Shown: positions 28,999 to 39,300, numbered from the stretch's first letter. The stretch: 64,000 nucleotides of DNA from Longimicrobiales bacterium (GCA_965226375.1 CBDDCX010000008.1:1696001-1760000); one strand, 5' to 3'. The notes: generated by a model from the letters alone, not told the origin. A program made the numbers and translations.

Positions 28999-30286
28999 TT
29001 AATCCCGTAGAGTGTCCCATTGTCGTTGACAGGTTCCGATCCGTTCGAGAACCTCCAGTACACCAAGGAACTCCTCATCCGTGCAGCGGGCCTCCCGGGC
29101 CGCACGACCGACACTCAGCGGTCCTCGCATGCCTGTGCCCACGATGGTACGAAGCGTCCGGTGAGCCTTCTTGAGCGTCCGCACCGAAGGCCTCGCGCGG
29201 TCGATGAACGTTTCGTGTAACCGATGGTCGTGACGGCCATGAAGAGCAACGCAGCGCGCCGCCGCGCCGTCTCGCCCGGCCCGTCCAGCCTCTTGATAGT
29301 AGGACTCCAGCGTACCCGGCAATTGGTAGTGGAGGACGAGGCGCACGTCACTCTTGTCCACGCCCATGCCGAACGCGTTGGTCGCGACGACCACACGTGT
29401 CTTCCCAGCCAGGAAGTCGTGCTGTGCAGAGCTCCTTGGCCCGGCGTCGAGCCCCGCATGATACGCCGTCGCCGGCACGCCGAGTCGGGACAAGTCGACA
29501 CGGATGGCCTCTACCACACGGCGAGTGCCCGCATACACGACGACGGCGCCTTTCTCTTGCCGCACCATCCGCCGGAGGGCACACAGCTTGGACCGGTATC
29601 GTCCGCTCGTTGGACATGCCAGGACAGATTGGGGCGATCGAAAGAACCGACCATACGAACCGGGTTCACCAGGCCGAGCACCGCGACAATGTCCTCTCGC
29701 ACCTTGGGTGTGGCCGTGGCCGTCAGCGCCATGAAAGGCGCCTGCACGCTCCGGCGCAGAAAGCCGATCCGGCGATACGACGGCCGAAAGTCGTGTCCCC
29801 ACTCGGAAATACAGTGCGCTTCGTCGACGGCCACCAGCGACACCAGCATCTTGTCGAGCGCGTCGACGAAGCTGGCGGTTTCCAGGCGTTCCGGCGCTAC
29901 GAAGAGGAGCTTCAACTGCCCCTCTACCGCCCTTCGCAGAACGTCCTGTCGCTCGTGATTCGAGAGCCCGCTCGTGAGAAGAGCGGCGGGAATCCCGGCT
30001 GCGAGCGCCCTGGTCGTCTGATCCTCCATGAGGGAGATCAGGGGACTCAGCACCAGCGTGAGGCCCGGAAGAGCGAGCGCGGGTACCTGGTAGCACAGGC
30101 TCTTGCCCCCTCCCGTCGGAAGAACCCCCAGTGCGTCCCGGCCCGACATCCCGGCTACGACCAGGCGCTCTTGGCCAGGGCGGAAGGTTGGAAAGCCGAA
30201 GTGCTTCTTCAGAAGACGATGGGCCAGGGCCAGATCGGTGGGCATCCGGGACCTTGGCGAGATCCGGTGGGCATCTCAATGGCCGA

Positions 30287-30508
30287 TCAGGCCTCGGGAT
30301 CCACTACCCCCTCCTCCTCGTCCACGGCGCCCGGATTGGCGGTGTATCGCATGGCCACCCCGCCGATAAGCACCACGAGAGCCGCGGTCACCAACCAAGA
30401 TATGTCCAGGAAGATGCCCGCCAGACCGAGCACCGCTCCGGCTCCGAAGATCCGCAGCCTCCACTCGAGGAAGCGGACCGCTCGTGGTCCCGACGGCCAG
30501 AGAGCCAA
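30287..30508 (-). CDS. Small membrane protein (hypothetical)
   Basis: Two hydrophobic helices and an acidic tail. Fills the gap between co-oriented genes. Confidence 0.55.
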   Translation of the reverse strand: MALWPSGPRAVRFLEWRLRIFGAGAVLGLAGIFLDISWLVTAALVVLIGGVAMRYTANPGAVDEEEGVVDPEA

Positions 30509-30516
30509 ACCCGACC

Positions 30517-31287
30517 TCAGCCCTGAGACCGATCCAGGAAGCGCCTCACACCCTCACGACACGCATCGGTCCGTCGAGCGATGGCGTTCACCTCCGCACC
30601 CCTTCTGATGCCTTCTTCGAAGCCCGTCTCATCGAGCTCATAGAGCAGTCCCTTTGAGAACTCCAACGCCGACGCCGGCTTTCTCGCGAGGGTCTCGAGG
30701 AAGCCAGATGTGCCGCTTTCGAACTCGTCGGCGCCGAAGAGCCGGTTCACCAGTCCGATCCGTTCGGCCCTCTGAGCCGAGATCGCCTCGCCCGTGGTCA
30801 CGAGTTCGAAAGCCACGGACTCCGTGACCTTACGTCGCAGGATCGCCATGACCATGGCCGGAACAAAGCCGATATCCACCTCCGGATACCCGAATTCGGC
30901 GCTCGCGTCGGCCAGCACGAGATCGCACGCCGTAGCCAACCCACAACCGCCCGCCAGCGCCCTTCCATGTACCACCGCGACGATGGGCTTTGGATGACTC
31001 CGCATCTGGATGAACAGGTTTCCAAGAGTCATGGCATCGGCCACGTTCGCCTCGTGGTCCTGCTCCGCGATCCGTGCGAGCTCAGCCAGGTCTCCTCCTG
31101 CGCAGAAGTCCTTGCCTGCACCCATGATCGCGATGACTCGGACCGCATCGTCACCCGACGTACGATCGAGGGCGTCCGCCAGGGCAGACACCAGATCGCC
31201 GTTCAAGGCATTCCGCTTCTCGGGACGATTGAGCGTAAGGCGGCAAACCCCGGCGGAAACCGTCTCCTCCAATACCGGGGGCGTCAT
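30517..31287 (-). CDS. Enoyl-CoA hydratase family, methylglutaconyl-CoA hydratase-like
   Basis: LNRPEKRNAL, FCAGGDL, AGGCGLATACD and YPEVDIGFVPA. In an operon with a carboxyltransferase. Confidence 0.85.
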   Translation of the reverse strand: MTPPVLEETVSAGVCRLTLNRPEKRNALNGDLVSALADALDRTSGDDAVRVIAIMGAGKDFCAGGDLAELARIAEQDHEANVADAMTLGNLFIQMRSHPKPIVAVVHGRALAGGCGLATACDLVLADASAEFGYPEVDIGFVPAMVMAILRRKVTESVAFELVTTGEAISAQRAERIGLVNRLFGADEFESGTSGFLETLARKPASALEFSKGLLYELDETGFEEGIRRGAEVNAIARRTDACREGVRRFLDRSQG

Positions 31288-31667
31288 GGCTGTCTCTCCT
31301 CCTGGTCGGTGGGCACTCGGCCGCGACCTCGAACGGCGTCCGCCACCTCGGTGGGCACGTCCACTTCGAGGCGGAGGAGCGCCGTACTGAAGACTTTGCC
31401 CTGGGCGTCGTTCATGAGGGACTTGGTGCCTCCCCCGTCGAGAGCGTTGTGTAGCAGGAAGTTGAGGGCGCCGAGGTTGGGGAGCTCGAAGCGCTCCACC
31501 GGCCCGCGCACCATGTCACCGAAGTGCTCCTTCACGCGCTCCACCGTCAGAATCTCTTCGAGGAGCTCGTAGTGACTCGGGTCGTACGCGATCACGCCCA
31601 CGTTGGCAGTATCACCCTTGTCTCCGGAGCGGGCATGCGCCAGGTCGACCAGTTGGATCTTGGCCAT
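31284..31667 (-). CDS. AtuA-related small ferredoxin-fold protein
   Basis: AHARSGDKGDTANVGVIA, VERFELPNLGALNF and LDGGG..DAQGK. Confidence 0.88.
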   Translation of the reverse strand: MAKIQLVDLAHARSGDKGDTANVGVIAYDPSHYELLEEILTVERVKEHFGDMVRGPVERFELPNLGALNFLLHNALDGGGTKSLMNDAQGKVFSTALLRLEVDVPTEVADAVRGRGRVPTDQEERQP

Positions 31668-31729
31668 GTTATCTCCCACCCTTTCCGCTTCGGTCCTCTC
31701 GGCGAGCACCGCACGCGCGTCCGGACGCT

Positions 31730-33106
31730 CTACACATCGAAGACCTCCACCGTCAGATGAGGCTCCACCGCCTCCTTGGCGATCAGGGCGGGCCAATAGG
31801 CCATGATCTCCTGAACACGCGGTCTTCCCCCGGCGAACCCCGTGACCGAGGGAGGCCCGGTCAGGACCAGAGGTGCGATCTCGCGCGTGAAGCGCTCAAC
31901 CGCAGCACGGTCCTTGCTCCTCACCCCAAGCCGCAATTGGACCTCGGGGAGATCCGCGGGCGGCGGCCCCGGCAAGGAGCCGTGCGTAGAATCCCACCCC
32001 ACCAGCTCCGTGCGCATGTCCAGATCGAGGCCCAGCCGATCCAGTCGTTCCCGGAGAACCCGGCCGGCAGCCCGGGCCTTGGCGGCAGCATCCGGCCAGG
32101 AGTAGGTAAGGGTCCCCACGGCCTTGAAGCCGTCGGAGTAGGCGATAGAGACCTTCAAGAACTCCGTAGCTTCCCGCCCCCTAACCCCTTTGACGCGAAC
32201 CCGGTCGTCACCTTCCTCGTCGAGCTCGATGGTCGTGAAGTCGGCCACCACGTCGGGAGTGATGTACGTTCGGGGATCCCCCATCTCGTAGACGATCTGT
32301 TCGGTGACCGTACCCCGGGTCACCCGTCCGCCTGATCCCTCGTGCTTGGTCACCACGAACGTGCCGTCGGCGGTAGCCTCGATGATGGGAAAGCCCACCT
32401 CGGCAAGGTTCGGGACCGACCACCAGTCGATGAGACAATTCCCGCCGGTGCTCTGCGCGCCGCATTCGTTGATGTGCCCCGCCACCACACCGGCGGCCAG
32501 ACGATCCCAATCGTCCAGCGCCCATCCGAACTCGTGAATCATGGGCGCGTACGTCAGAGCCGTATCGGTGGAGCGGCCCGTCACGATCACGTCGGCTCCC
32601 CGTGAGAGGGCCTCGAGGATCGGTGTAGCACCCATGTAGACATTGGCGCTCTGCACCCGGTCGCGCAGGCTCGAGAGAGGCTCGTCGGTCTCCATGTTTC
32701 GAAGCTCGTGGCCGTCGGCCAAGAGCCCGTCGAGCCGATCCATAAGATCGTCGCCGACCACCATGCCCACGGTGGCCCTGCCCCCTACTCCAGCCTCTCG
32801 CCCCGCCTCGACCAAAGCCTCCGCACACCCCAGTGGATTCACGCCACCGGCGTTGGTGACGACGGTGACGCCACGCTCCACGCACGTCGGGAAGATCCGG
32901 CCCATCAGGGGTACGAAGTCCCTGGCGTATCCCGCAGACGGGTCCCGGGCTCGCTGCTTCTGCATGATGGACATGGTGACCTCGGCCAGGTAGTCCATCA
33001 TGAGGTAGTCGATGTCTCCGCCCTCTACCTGACGGACGGGTGCCTCTGGGTCGTCGCCCCAAAACCCCTGGCCTGAGGCGATGCGTACGACGTCCCTGTC
33101 AGCCAT
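31730..33106 (-). CDS. Acyclic terpene utilization AtuA family protein (DUF1446)
   Basis: RIASGQGFWGD, DYLAEVTMSI, TNAGGVNP, SANVYMG, AGHINECGAQSTGGN and EQIVYEMGDP..YITPDV. Confidence 0.9.
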   Translation of the reverse strand: MADRDVVRIASGQGFWGDDPEAPVRQVEGGDIDYLMMDYLAEVTMSIMQKQRARDPSAGYARDFVPLMGRIFPTCVERGVTVVTNAGGVNPLGCAEALVEAGREAGVGGRATVGMVVGDDLMDRLDGLLADGHELRNMETDEPLSSLRDRVQSANVYMGATPILEALSRGADVIVTGRSTDTALTYAPMIHEFGWALDDWDRLAAGVVAGHINECGAQSTGGNCLIDWWSVPNLAEVGFPIIEATADGTFVVTKHEGSGGRVTRGTVTEQIVYEMGDPRTYITPDVVADFTTIELDEEGDDRVRVKGVRGREATEFLKVSIAYSDGFKAVGTLTYSWPDAAAKARAAGRVLRERLDRLGLDLDMRTELVGWDSTHGSLPGPPPADLPEVQLRLGVRSKDRAAVERFTREIAPLVLTGPPSVTGFAGGRPRVQEIMAYWPALIAKEAVEPHLTVEVFDV

Positions 33107-34763
33107 GGTCGGGCCCCAGGTCCAGATGGAACGGTCCAATATGGGGGCCGGGATTGTGGAGCGCGGCCTTGAGGAGGTGGACCAACGCGGGCCGAAGCTC
33201 CTCCGGCAGCACGATCTCGTCGACGAAGCCCCGGGCCGCCGCAAATCGGGCATCGAGCTGGCGGTCGTAGTCCGCACGGACCTCGTCCATGCGGGTGCTC
33301 AGATCCTCGTCGGGCACTTCGCCCTTAGCCTTGAGCTCATCGAGTTGTCGGCCGAAGAGCGCCATCACGGCGCTGTCCCCTTCCATCACACCCATACGGC
33401 CTGTTGGCAGGGAAAGGATGAAGTCCGGATCGAATCCCTGACCTGCCATGGCGTAGTAACCGGCGCCCGACGCGTGGTTCAGGGTGAGCACGAGCTTGGG
33501 CACCGTGGCGGTGGCCATGGCCTCGACGAAGCGAGCGCCGGCACGGATGATCCCCGAGTGCTCGGCCTCCGGACCCACCATGAAACCCGACACGTCCTGT
33601 ACGAACAGGATCGGTGTCCGGTGGCGATTCATGGTCTCGATGAAATACGCCACCTTTTCGGCGCTCTCCGTATAGACGATTCCGCCGAACCTGGGTGGGC
33701 CGGGCCGATCGTCCTGGATCATGCTCCGCGCGTTGGCGATGACGCCGATCGGCATCCCCCCGAGAAAGCCCGTCCCGCAGATCATCTCGGCGGCGTATTC
33801 AGGCTGGAACTCGTCGAGTCCTTCTCCGTCGAGGATACAAGCCAGCACGGCGCGCGTGTCATAGGGCTGGCGATGGTCCGGAGGAAGGAGGTCGTACAGT
33901 TCCACGGCCTCTCGGGCAGGTGCCGACCCAGCTCCGGCCTCCGGAGCCACGGCGGCCTCTCCCGGTAACTCGTAGATCAGCCTCCGCAGTTTGACGAGAC
34001 ACGCCTCGTCGTCCGGCACCATGTAGTGTGCGACACCGCTCACCTCGGTATGCACCCGCGCGCCTCCCAGCTCCTCCGAACCCACCGTCTGGCCCGTGGC
34101 CCCTTTCACGAGGTTTGGCCCTCCGAGTCCCATGAAACTCGTCCCGTCCACCATGAGAATGACGTCGGAGAGAGCCGGCAGGTATGCGCCGCCGGCGATG
34201 CACGGTCCCATCACCGCCGCGAGCTGAGGAATCCCCAGATAGCGACGCATGATGGAGTTGTAGTAAAAGATGCGGGCCGCCCCGTATTGACCGGGAAACA
34301 CCCCCCCCTGGTACGGCAGATTCACGCCGGCGGAGTCCACGAGGTAGACGATCGGAATGCGGCACCGCATAGCGATCTCTTGGGCCCGCAACATCTTCTT
34401 GATGGTCTCGGGCCACCACGATCCCGCCTTCACGGTGGCGTCGTTCGCCACCACAACGACCTCCCGCCCTTCAACCACGCCCACTCCCGTCACCACGCCG
34501 GCACCGGGGGCACCGCCGTCGTATTGATCGTGGGCAACGAGCAGGCCGACCTCGAACCACGTGCTCCCGGCATCCAGAAGGTGCCCTACCCGTTCGCGGG
34601 CGGTCAGCTTTCCCTGGTCGTGCTGACGTTGGATCCGTTCCGGTCCGCCGCCTTGCAAGAGCGTGGACCGGAGCTCCTTCAACTCCTCCCCTAACTCGAA
34701 AAGGCGACCCTGGCCCTGAGGGGTCCGAGGCTCTTCGTCGGCAGCGTCCCCGGTCGGGGTCAC
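33099..34763 (-). CDS. Acyl-CoA carboxylase carboxyltransferase subunit (methylcrotonyl-CoA carboxylase beta-like)
   Basis: GKLTARERV, ANDATVKAGSW, LVDSAGVNL, GPCIAGGAY, LGGARVH and QDVSGFMVG. Start approximate (GTG). Confidence 0.9.
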   Translation of the reverse strand: MTPTGDAADEEPRTPQGQGRLFELGEELKELRSTLLQGGGPERIQRQHDQGKLTARERVGHLLDAGSTWFEVGLLVAHDQYDGGAPGAGVVTGVGVVEGREVVVVANDATVKAGSWWPETIKKMLRAQEIAMRCRIPIVYLVDSAGVNLPYQGGVFPGQYGAARIFYYNSIMRRYLGIPQLAAVMGPCIAGGAYLPALSDVILMVDGTSFMGLGGPNLVKGATGQTVGSEELGGARVHTEVSGVAHYMVPDDEACLVKLRRLIYELPGEAAVAPEAGAGSAPAREAVELYDLLPPDHRQPYDTRAVLACILDGEGLDEFQPEYAAEMICGTGFLGGMPIGVIANARSMIQDDRPGPPRFGGIVYTESAEKVAYFIETMNRHRTPILFVQDVSGFMVGPEAEHSGIIRAGARFVEAMATATVPKLVLTLNHASGAGYYAMAGQGFDPDFILSLPTGRMGVMEGDSAVMALFGRQLDELKAKGEVPDEDLSTRMDEVRADYDRQLDARFAAARGFVDEIVLPEELRPALVHLLKAALHNPGPHIGPFHLDLGPDHG

Positions 34764-34764
34764 G

Positions 34765-35184
34765 TCAGACCCTCTCCTCTCGCGTGGCGAACCAATCGCG
34801 GATATACGCCACCGCATCGGTGGTGGACGTCCCTGGACCGAACAGCTGCCCAACACCCTCCTCCTTCAGGGCACGCATGTCCTCCTCGGGAATGATCCCT
34901 CCCCCGGTCAGGAGCATGTGATCCGCACCCTCCTCCCTGAGCAACCCGAGCACTCTCGGAAAAAGCGTCATGTGCGCCCCCGACAGGACGGACAAGGCGA
35001 CCACATCGACGTCCTCCTGGACCGCGGCATTCACGATCATCTCCGGCGTCTGATGGAGGCCCGTGTAAATAACCTCGAAACCTGCGTCCCGGAACGATGC
35101 GGCAATCACCTTGGCCCCGCGGTCGTGTCCGTCCAATCCCGGCTTGGCCACGAGCACCCGGATCTTTCGATCCTCCGACGTCAT
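34765..35184 (-). CDS. Acyl-CoA mutase small subunit, cobalamin-binding domain
   Basis: [14 protein letters not shown] (DxHxxG), SVLSGAH, GGGIIP and FGPGT. Confidence 0.95.
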   Translation of the reverse strand: MTSEDRKIRVLVAKPGLDGHDRGAKVIAASFRDAGFEVIYTGLHQTPEMIVNAAVQEDVDVVALSVLSGAHMTLFPRVLGLLREEGADHMLLTGGGIIPEEDMRALKEEGVGQLFGPGTSTTDAVAYIRDWFATREERV

Positions 35185-35399
35185 TGGATTCTCCGTTTGG
35201 GAATGCTCGAAGCGCGATCCGATCGGGTCGCTCGAAGCGTTTCAAATGTATTCGATTCAGCGGGGACGTCACTAGTGTGCGGGGCCATGACTTGATAAGG
35301 GACCGGCGGGGAGGCGAGTTTCCGAGCTGGATTCGTAACTACTTGCACCGACCGCTTGCCCGAACCGCGACCACCACGATGATCCCTTTGGAGATCGAC

Positions 35400-36953
35400 A
35401 TGAAGATGCCCCGTTTACCCAGCCTCACAGTGCTCGCCTGGATCACGGCCCTCGTGGCCGCACCCGGTGGCGCAGCACAGACGTTCCCGACCGATGATCC
35501 GGTCATCCGAGCCATCTGGGAGCAGGGCATGGAAGAGGGATCTCAGATCCAAAGCCTTGCCCAGACGCTCCTGGATTCGATCGGTCCGCGGCTTTCGGGC
35601 AGTCCTGGTCAACGAGCCGCGATCGACTGGGTCGCGAGCATGTACGAGGGGTGGAACGTGCCTGCCCGACTAGAGGAATACGGCACCTGGCAAGGCTGGG
35701 ACCGTGGCTACACCCACATCGATCTGATCGCGCCGAGAAAGCGGACACTGAGCGGGATGATGCTGGCCTGGAGCCCCGGCACTGACGGTCCGGTCGAGGG
35801 CGAAGTCATAGCCCTGCCCACCTTCTCGAACCGATCCGAGTTCCAGTCCTGGCTCCCACAGGCGTCAGGCAAGTTCGTCGCCCTCAGCTACGCCGAGCCC
35901 ACCTGTCGGGCACCCGAAAGCTGGGAGGCGCTGGCGACGCCGGAGTCGGTGGAGCGCATGGAAGCGCTGCAGGCGAGCGTCCGCGGCGAGTGGAACCAGG
36001 GGGTGGGGAGCGCCGGCGGACCGGGGCAGGTCGCGGCGGCCCTTGAACAGGCGGGAGCCCTGGGCGTGCTCACGAGCCGCTGGTCCAACGGATGGGGAGC
36101 CAACAAGATTTTCTCTTCCGCCACGCGGACGGTTCCTTCCCTGCATCTGAGTTGCGAGGACTATGGACTGGTGCACCGGTTGGCGTCGAATGGTCAGGGT
36201 CCTCGGCTGCGCGTGGACGCCCAGGCCGAGGATCTCGGTGAGGTCCCGGTGGCGAACGTCATCGGCGAGATACGAGGAACCGAGCTTCCGGACGAGTACG
36301 TTCTGCTCACGGCGCACTTGGACTCCTGGGACGGAGCCTCGGGCGCGACGGACAACGGCACGGGCACGGTCATGATGATGGAGGCCATGCGGATCCTGAG
36401 GGAAGTGTATCCCCGACCTCGCCGCACGATCGTGGTGGCCCACTGGGGCGGCGAGGAGCAAGGGCTCATCGGCTCCAGCGCCTTCGCGGAGGACCATCCG
36501 GAGGTCGTGGACGGTCTACAGGCCGCCTTCAACCAGGACAACGGCACCTGGCGGATCGACTACATTCGCATGCAGGGATTCGCGGAAGCGGGCCGGAGCT
36601 TCGGCGGCTGGTTCGGGAAGATCCCTCTCGAGATCGCGCAACACGTCGAGCTCGACATTCCGGGCATTCCGGAACGGGGAGGGAGCGACCACATGTCGTT
36701 CATCTGCCGAGGGACCACGGGATTCCGCCTGCAATCCCACTATCCCGACTACCGGCAATACACCTGGCATACCGACATCGATACGTACGACAAGCTCGTG
36801 TTCGATGACCTGCGAAACAACGCGACGCTGGCGGCTATGTTGGCCTACTTGGCCTCGGAGGACGCCGAGCGGGTGTCGAACGCACAGAGGACCCTCCCGG
36901 GCAACCAGCAGTGGCCGGGGTGTCGTCCCGCCCGGCGAAGCTCCGGGAGATAG
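35400..36953 (+). CDS. Secreted M28-family metallopeptidase (carboxypeptidase Q-like)
   Basis: Signal peptide, IGPRLSGS, AHLDSWD, GATDNGTG, GEEQGLIGS, SDH and HTDIDT. Confidence 0.9.
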   Translation: MKMPRLPSLTVLAWITALVAAPGGAAQTFPTDDPVIRAIWEQGMEEGSQIQSLAQTLLDSIGPRLSGSPGQRAAIDWVASMYEGWNVPARLEEYGTWQGWDRGYTHIDLIAPRKRTLSGMMLAWSPGTDGPVEGEVIALPTFSNRSEFQSWLPQASGKFVALSYAEPTCRAPESWEALATPESVERMEALQASVRGEWNQGVGSAGGPGQVAAALEQAGALGVLTSRWSNGWGANKIFSSATRTVPSLHLSCEDYGLVHRLASNGQGPRLRVDAQAEDLGEVPVANVIGEIRGTELPDEYVLLTAHLDSWDGASGATDNGTGTVMMMEAMRILREVYPRPRRTIVVAHWGGEEQGLIGSSAFAEDHPEVVDGLQAAFNQDNGTWRIDYIRMQGFAEAGRSFGGWFGKIPLEIAQHVELDIPGIPERGGSDHMSFICRGTTGFRLQSHYPDYRQYTWHTDIDTYDKLVFDDLRNNATLAAMLAYLASEDAERVSNAQRTLPGNQQWPGCRPARRSSGR

Positions 36954-37070
36954 CCGAGGCCACACGAACCGCTGGACAAACAGGACGTTCGTGCATAACA
37001 TCGGCCAGTTTCGGGCCGTTTGAGGATTGGCCGGTAAGAATTCAAGCTCGCCAGTTGGAGGAGATAATCG

Positions 37071-37493
37071 ATGGCGCGGATTCGTGTCACGCTGCAGTGG
37101 ATCAAGATTCTCGACAAGCTCGAACCGTTTTTCAAAGAGACGGGAGAGTTCCGCTTCCGGTCCAATGTTTCGAGTGAGAACTCAGGTGGTCTCGCGGAGG
37201 AGACCCGCTTCCCCGAAGAGGGACACTACTCCCTATCGGACAAGCCGGGATGGAATTTCGTGACGTTGAACAAGGTCCTGTTCGACGGCGACGTCGAAGA
37301 CCACCTGGTCGTGGAGCTGTTCGGCGAAGAGATCGACACCTTCTCCGCGAACGATGAGCTCGATCGGTACCGCCGGGAGTTCAGTGGTCCGGTTGATGAG
37401 TGGGCGGGTCTCTACGAGCCCGCGGACGAGGGATCGACCGATCCTGAAGCGATGTCCAACTGGCGCATCAGCTACATTATCGAGAAGGTTTAG
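37071..37493 (+). CDS. Hypothetical protein (acidic, 140 aa)
   Basis: GGAGGAG RBS and typical codon usage. No recognised motif. Confidence 0.7.
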   Translation: MARIRVTLQWIKILDKLEPFFKETGEFRFRSNVSSENSGGLAEETRFPEEGHYSLSDKPGWNFVTLNKVLFDGDVEDHLVVELFGEEIDTFSANDELDRYRREFSGPVDEWAGLYEPADEGSTDPEAMSNWRISYIIEKV

Positions 37494-39214
37494 AAAAACA
37501 CGGGCTCCTTGTAGCTCCCGAAGACGATCTCCATGGCGTGCCGGATCTCGTACAGCGTACAGTCCGCCCGCGCACAGTCGAGGATCGCCGGGACCACGTT
37601 TCCACCGTCACGGCACACGCCCTCGAGATGCCCCAGGGTTTCTTGTACCCGGGCGTTGTCTCTTCCGGCGCGAAGCTCGGCCATACGCTGACGCTGACGT
37701 TCCTCGGCAGAAGCATCGATCTTGAGCGTGTCGATCTCGACGTCCTCTGAGCCCTCTGTGAACTCGTTCACGCCCACTACCAGTCGAGTGGACGACTCCA
37801 CCTCGCCCTGCTGGCGCATGGCCGAGGTCGCGATCTCCTGCTGGAAGAAGCCGGTCTCGATGCCAGGAACGACACCGCCCAGGTCGTCGATCTGCTGGAA
37901 CAAGTCGAGCGCTTCGGCCTCCAGCCGGTCCGTAAGCGACTCCACATAGTACGAACCCGCGAGCGGGTCGATCGTGTTGGGCACACCACTCTCGTAGGCA
38001 AGGATCTGCTGCGTACGAAGCGCGATCCGGACCGCCTTCTCCGTCGGAAGTGACAGGGTCTCGTCCATCGAGTTGGTGTGCAGAGACTGGGTGCCACCCA
38101 ACACGGCAGCCATGGCCTGATACGCGACACGCACGATGTTGTTCTCAGGCTGCTGAGCCGTGAGGCTCACCCCGGCCGTCTGGGCGTGGGTACGGAGCCT
38201 CCAAGCATCGGGATTCGTGGCGCCGTACTTGTCCCGCATGACCCGAGCCCAGATTCGCCTGGCCGCCCGGAACTTGGCAATTTCCTCGAAGAAGTCATTG
38301 TGGACATCGAAGAAGAAGGAGAGGCGCGGCGCGAAGAGGTCCACGTCCAGGCCCCGCTCAATTCCCCGTTCCACGTACTCGAAGCCGTTCCGGAGCGTGA
38401 ACGCCAACTCCTGAGTGGCGGTGGCACCGGCTTCGCGAATGTGGTATCCGGAGATGGAGATCGGGTTGTACTTCGGGGCATGCTCCGAGCACCACTCGAA
38501 CATGTCGACGACGCAGCGCAACGCGGGTTCCGGAGGAAAGACCCACGCGTGCTGGGCCTGGTATTCCTTCAGGATGTCGTTCTGCACCGTGCCGCGCAGC
38601 TTGTCCGGCGAGATTCCCTGCCGCTCCGCGGCCGCTACGTAGAAGCAGTAGAGGATGACGGCCGGCCCATTGATGGTCATGGAGACGGAGACGCGGTCGA
38701 GTGGCATTCCTTCGAAGAGCGTCTCCATGTCGTTCAAGGACGAGACGGCGACTCCACAGACCCCCACCTCACCCAGTGAGCGTGGGTGATCGCTGTCATA
38801 GCCCATGAGAGTGGGAAAGTCGAAGGCTACCGAGAGACCCGTGGTACCGTGTGCCAACAGGTACTTATACCGCTCGTTCGTCTCCTCGGCCGTGGCAAAT
38901 CCCGCAAACTGCCGCATCGTCCACAGACGCGTGCGATACATGGTCGAGTAGGGACCGCGAGTGAACGGAAACTGGCCTGGAACCCCCAGAGCCTCCTCAT
39001 AGCTGTCCGCCCCTTCCCTGTCAGCGGGCGTGTAGAGCGGCTGGATCTCCATGCCGGAGAGGCTGCTGAAGAGGGCGTCCCGCGTGGGTGTCGCTCCGAA
39101 CTTCTCCTCCCACACCTTCAACTGTTCCTGAAGCCGCTCGATCTCGGCGTTCTGCTCGGCCACCTTCTCCATCAGGTCACCGGGAGACGGAATATCGCGC
39201 TCTAGTGTGGACAT
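37490..39214 (-). CDS. Acyl-CoA mutase large subunit (methylmalonyl-CoA mutase family; isobutyryl-CoA-mutase-type residues)
   Basis: PFTRGPY, WTMRQFAGF, GLSVAFDFPT, QNDILKEYQAQ, SISGYHIREAG and GGTQSLHTNS. No fused B12 domain. Confidence 0.93.
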   Translation of the reverse strand: MSTLERDIPSPGDLMEKVAEQNAEIERLQEQLKVWEEKFGATPTRDALFSSLSGMEIQPLYTPADREGADSYEEALGVPGQFPFTRGPYSTMYRTRLWTMRQFAGFATAEETNERYKYLLAHGTTGLSVAFDFPTLMGYDSDHPRSLGEVGVCGVAVSSLNDMETLFEGMPLDRVSVSMTINGPAVILYCFYVAAAERQGISPDKLRGTVQNDILKEYQAQHAWVFPPEPALRCVVDMFEWCSEHAPKYNPISISGYHIREAGATATQELAFTLRNGFEYVERGIERGLDVDLFAPRLSFFFDVHNDFFEEIAKFRAARRIWARVMRDKYGATNPDAWRLRTHAQTAGVSLTAQQPENNIVRVAYQAMAAVLGGTQSLHTNSMDETLSLPTEKAVRIALRTQQILAYESGVPNTIDPLAGSYYVESLTDRLEAEALDLFQQIDDLGGVVPGIETGFFQQEIATSAMRQQGEVESSTRLVVGVNEFTEGSEDVEIDTLKIDASAEERQRQRMAELRAGRDNARVQETLGHLEGVCRDGGNVVPAILDCARADCTLYEIRHAMEIVFGSYKEPVFF

Positions 39215-39264
39215 GTTCGAAGTTTACCCGTTTCTCAGCGAAATGTCCCGAGTACTCGGAGCCT

Positions 39265-39300
39265 GATAGTGGGTCAGTTTGAACAAATTGACCCACTACC
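39265..39300. mobile_element. Minimal IS remnant: two 17-bp TIRs separated by 2 bp, with an 8-bp TSD
   Basis: GATAGTGGGTCAGTTTG-AA-CAAATTGACCCACTACC flanked by CGGAGCCT at 39257-39264 and 39301-39308. Confidence 0.7.

Larger units (their letters stand above)
27473..29037 (+). mobile_element. IS3-family insertion sequence, copy B (1565 bp)
   Basis: 5-bp TSD GATCC at 27468-27472 and 29038-29042. Imperfect IRs TGCCAACG..GAGACAC / TGTCAACG..GGGACAC start 6 bp inside the ends. Confidence 0.93.
27108..30245 (-). pseudogene. recQ: RecQ-family DNA helicase disrupted by a frameshift (~29600) and by the IS3-family insertion
   Basis: PTGGGKSLCYQ, VDEAHCISEWGHDFRPSY and TATAT in one frame. ATNAFGMGVDK and YYQEAGRAGRDG in another. 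The Zn domain CRRAVLLDYFG..CGGCDLC lies beyond the IS. Confidence 0.9.

Noticed and set aside
28999..30279. 426-aa ORF as an independent gene
   Set aside because: Only its middle and C-terminal part is RecQ sequence after the frameshift. The tail GTCQRQWDTLRD comes from the IS end, and the same tail appears on the IS481 fragment.
35270..35285. Further CTAGTGTG mini-element (also one near 39203)
   Set aside because: Single half-sites with no matching inverted arm. The one near 39203 lies within the mutase coding start.
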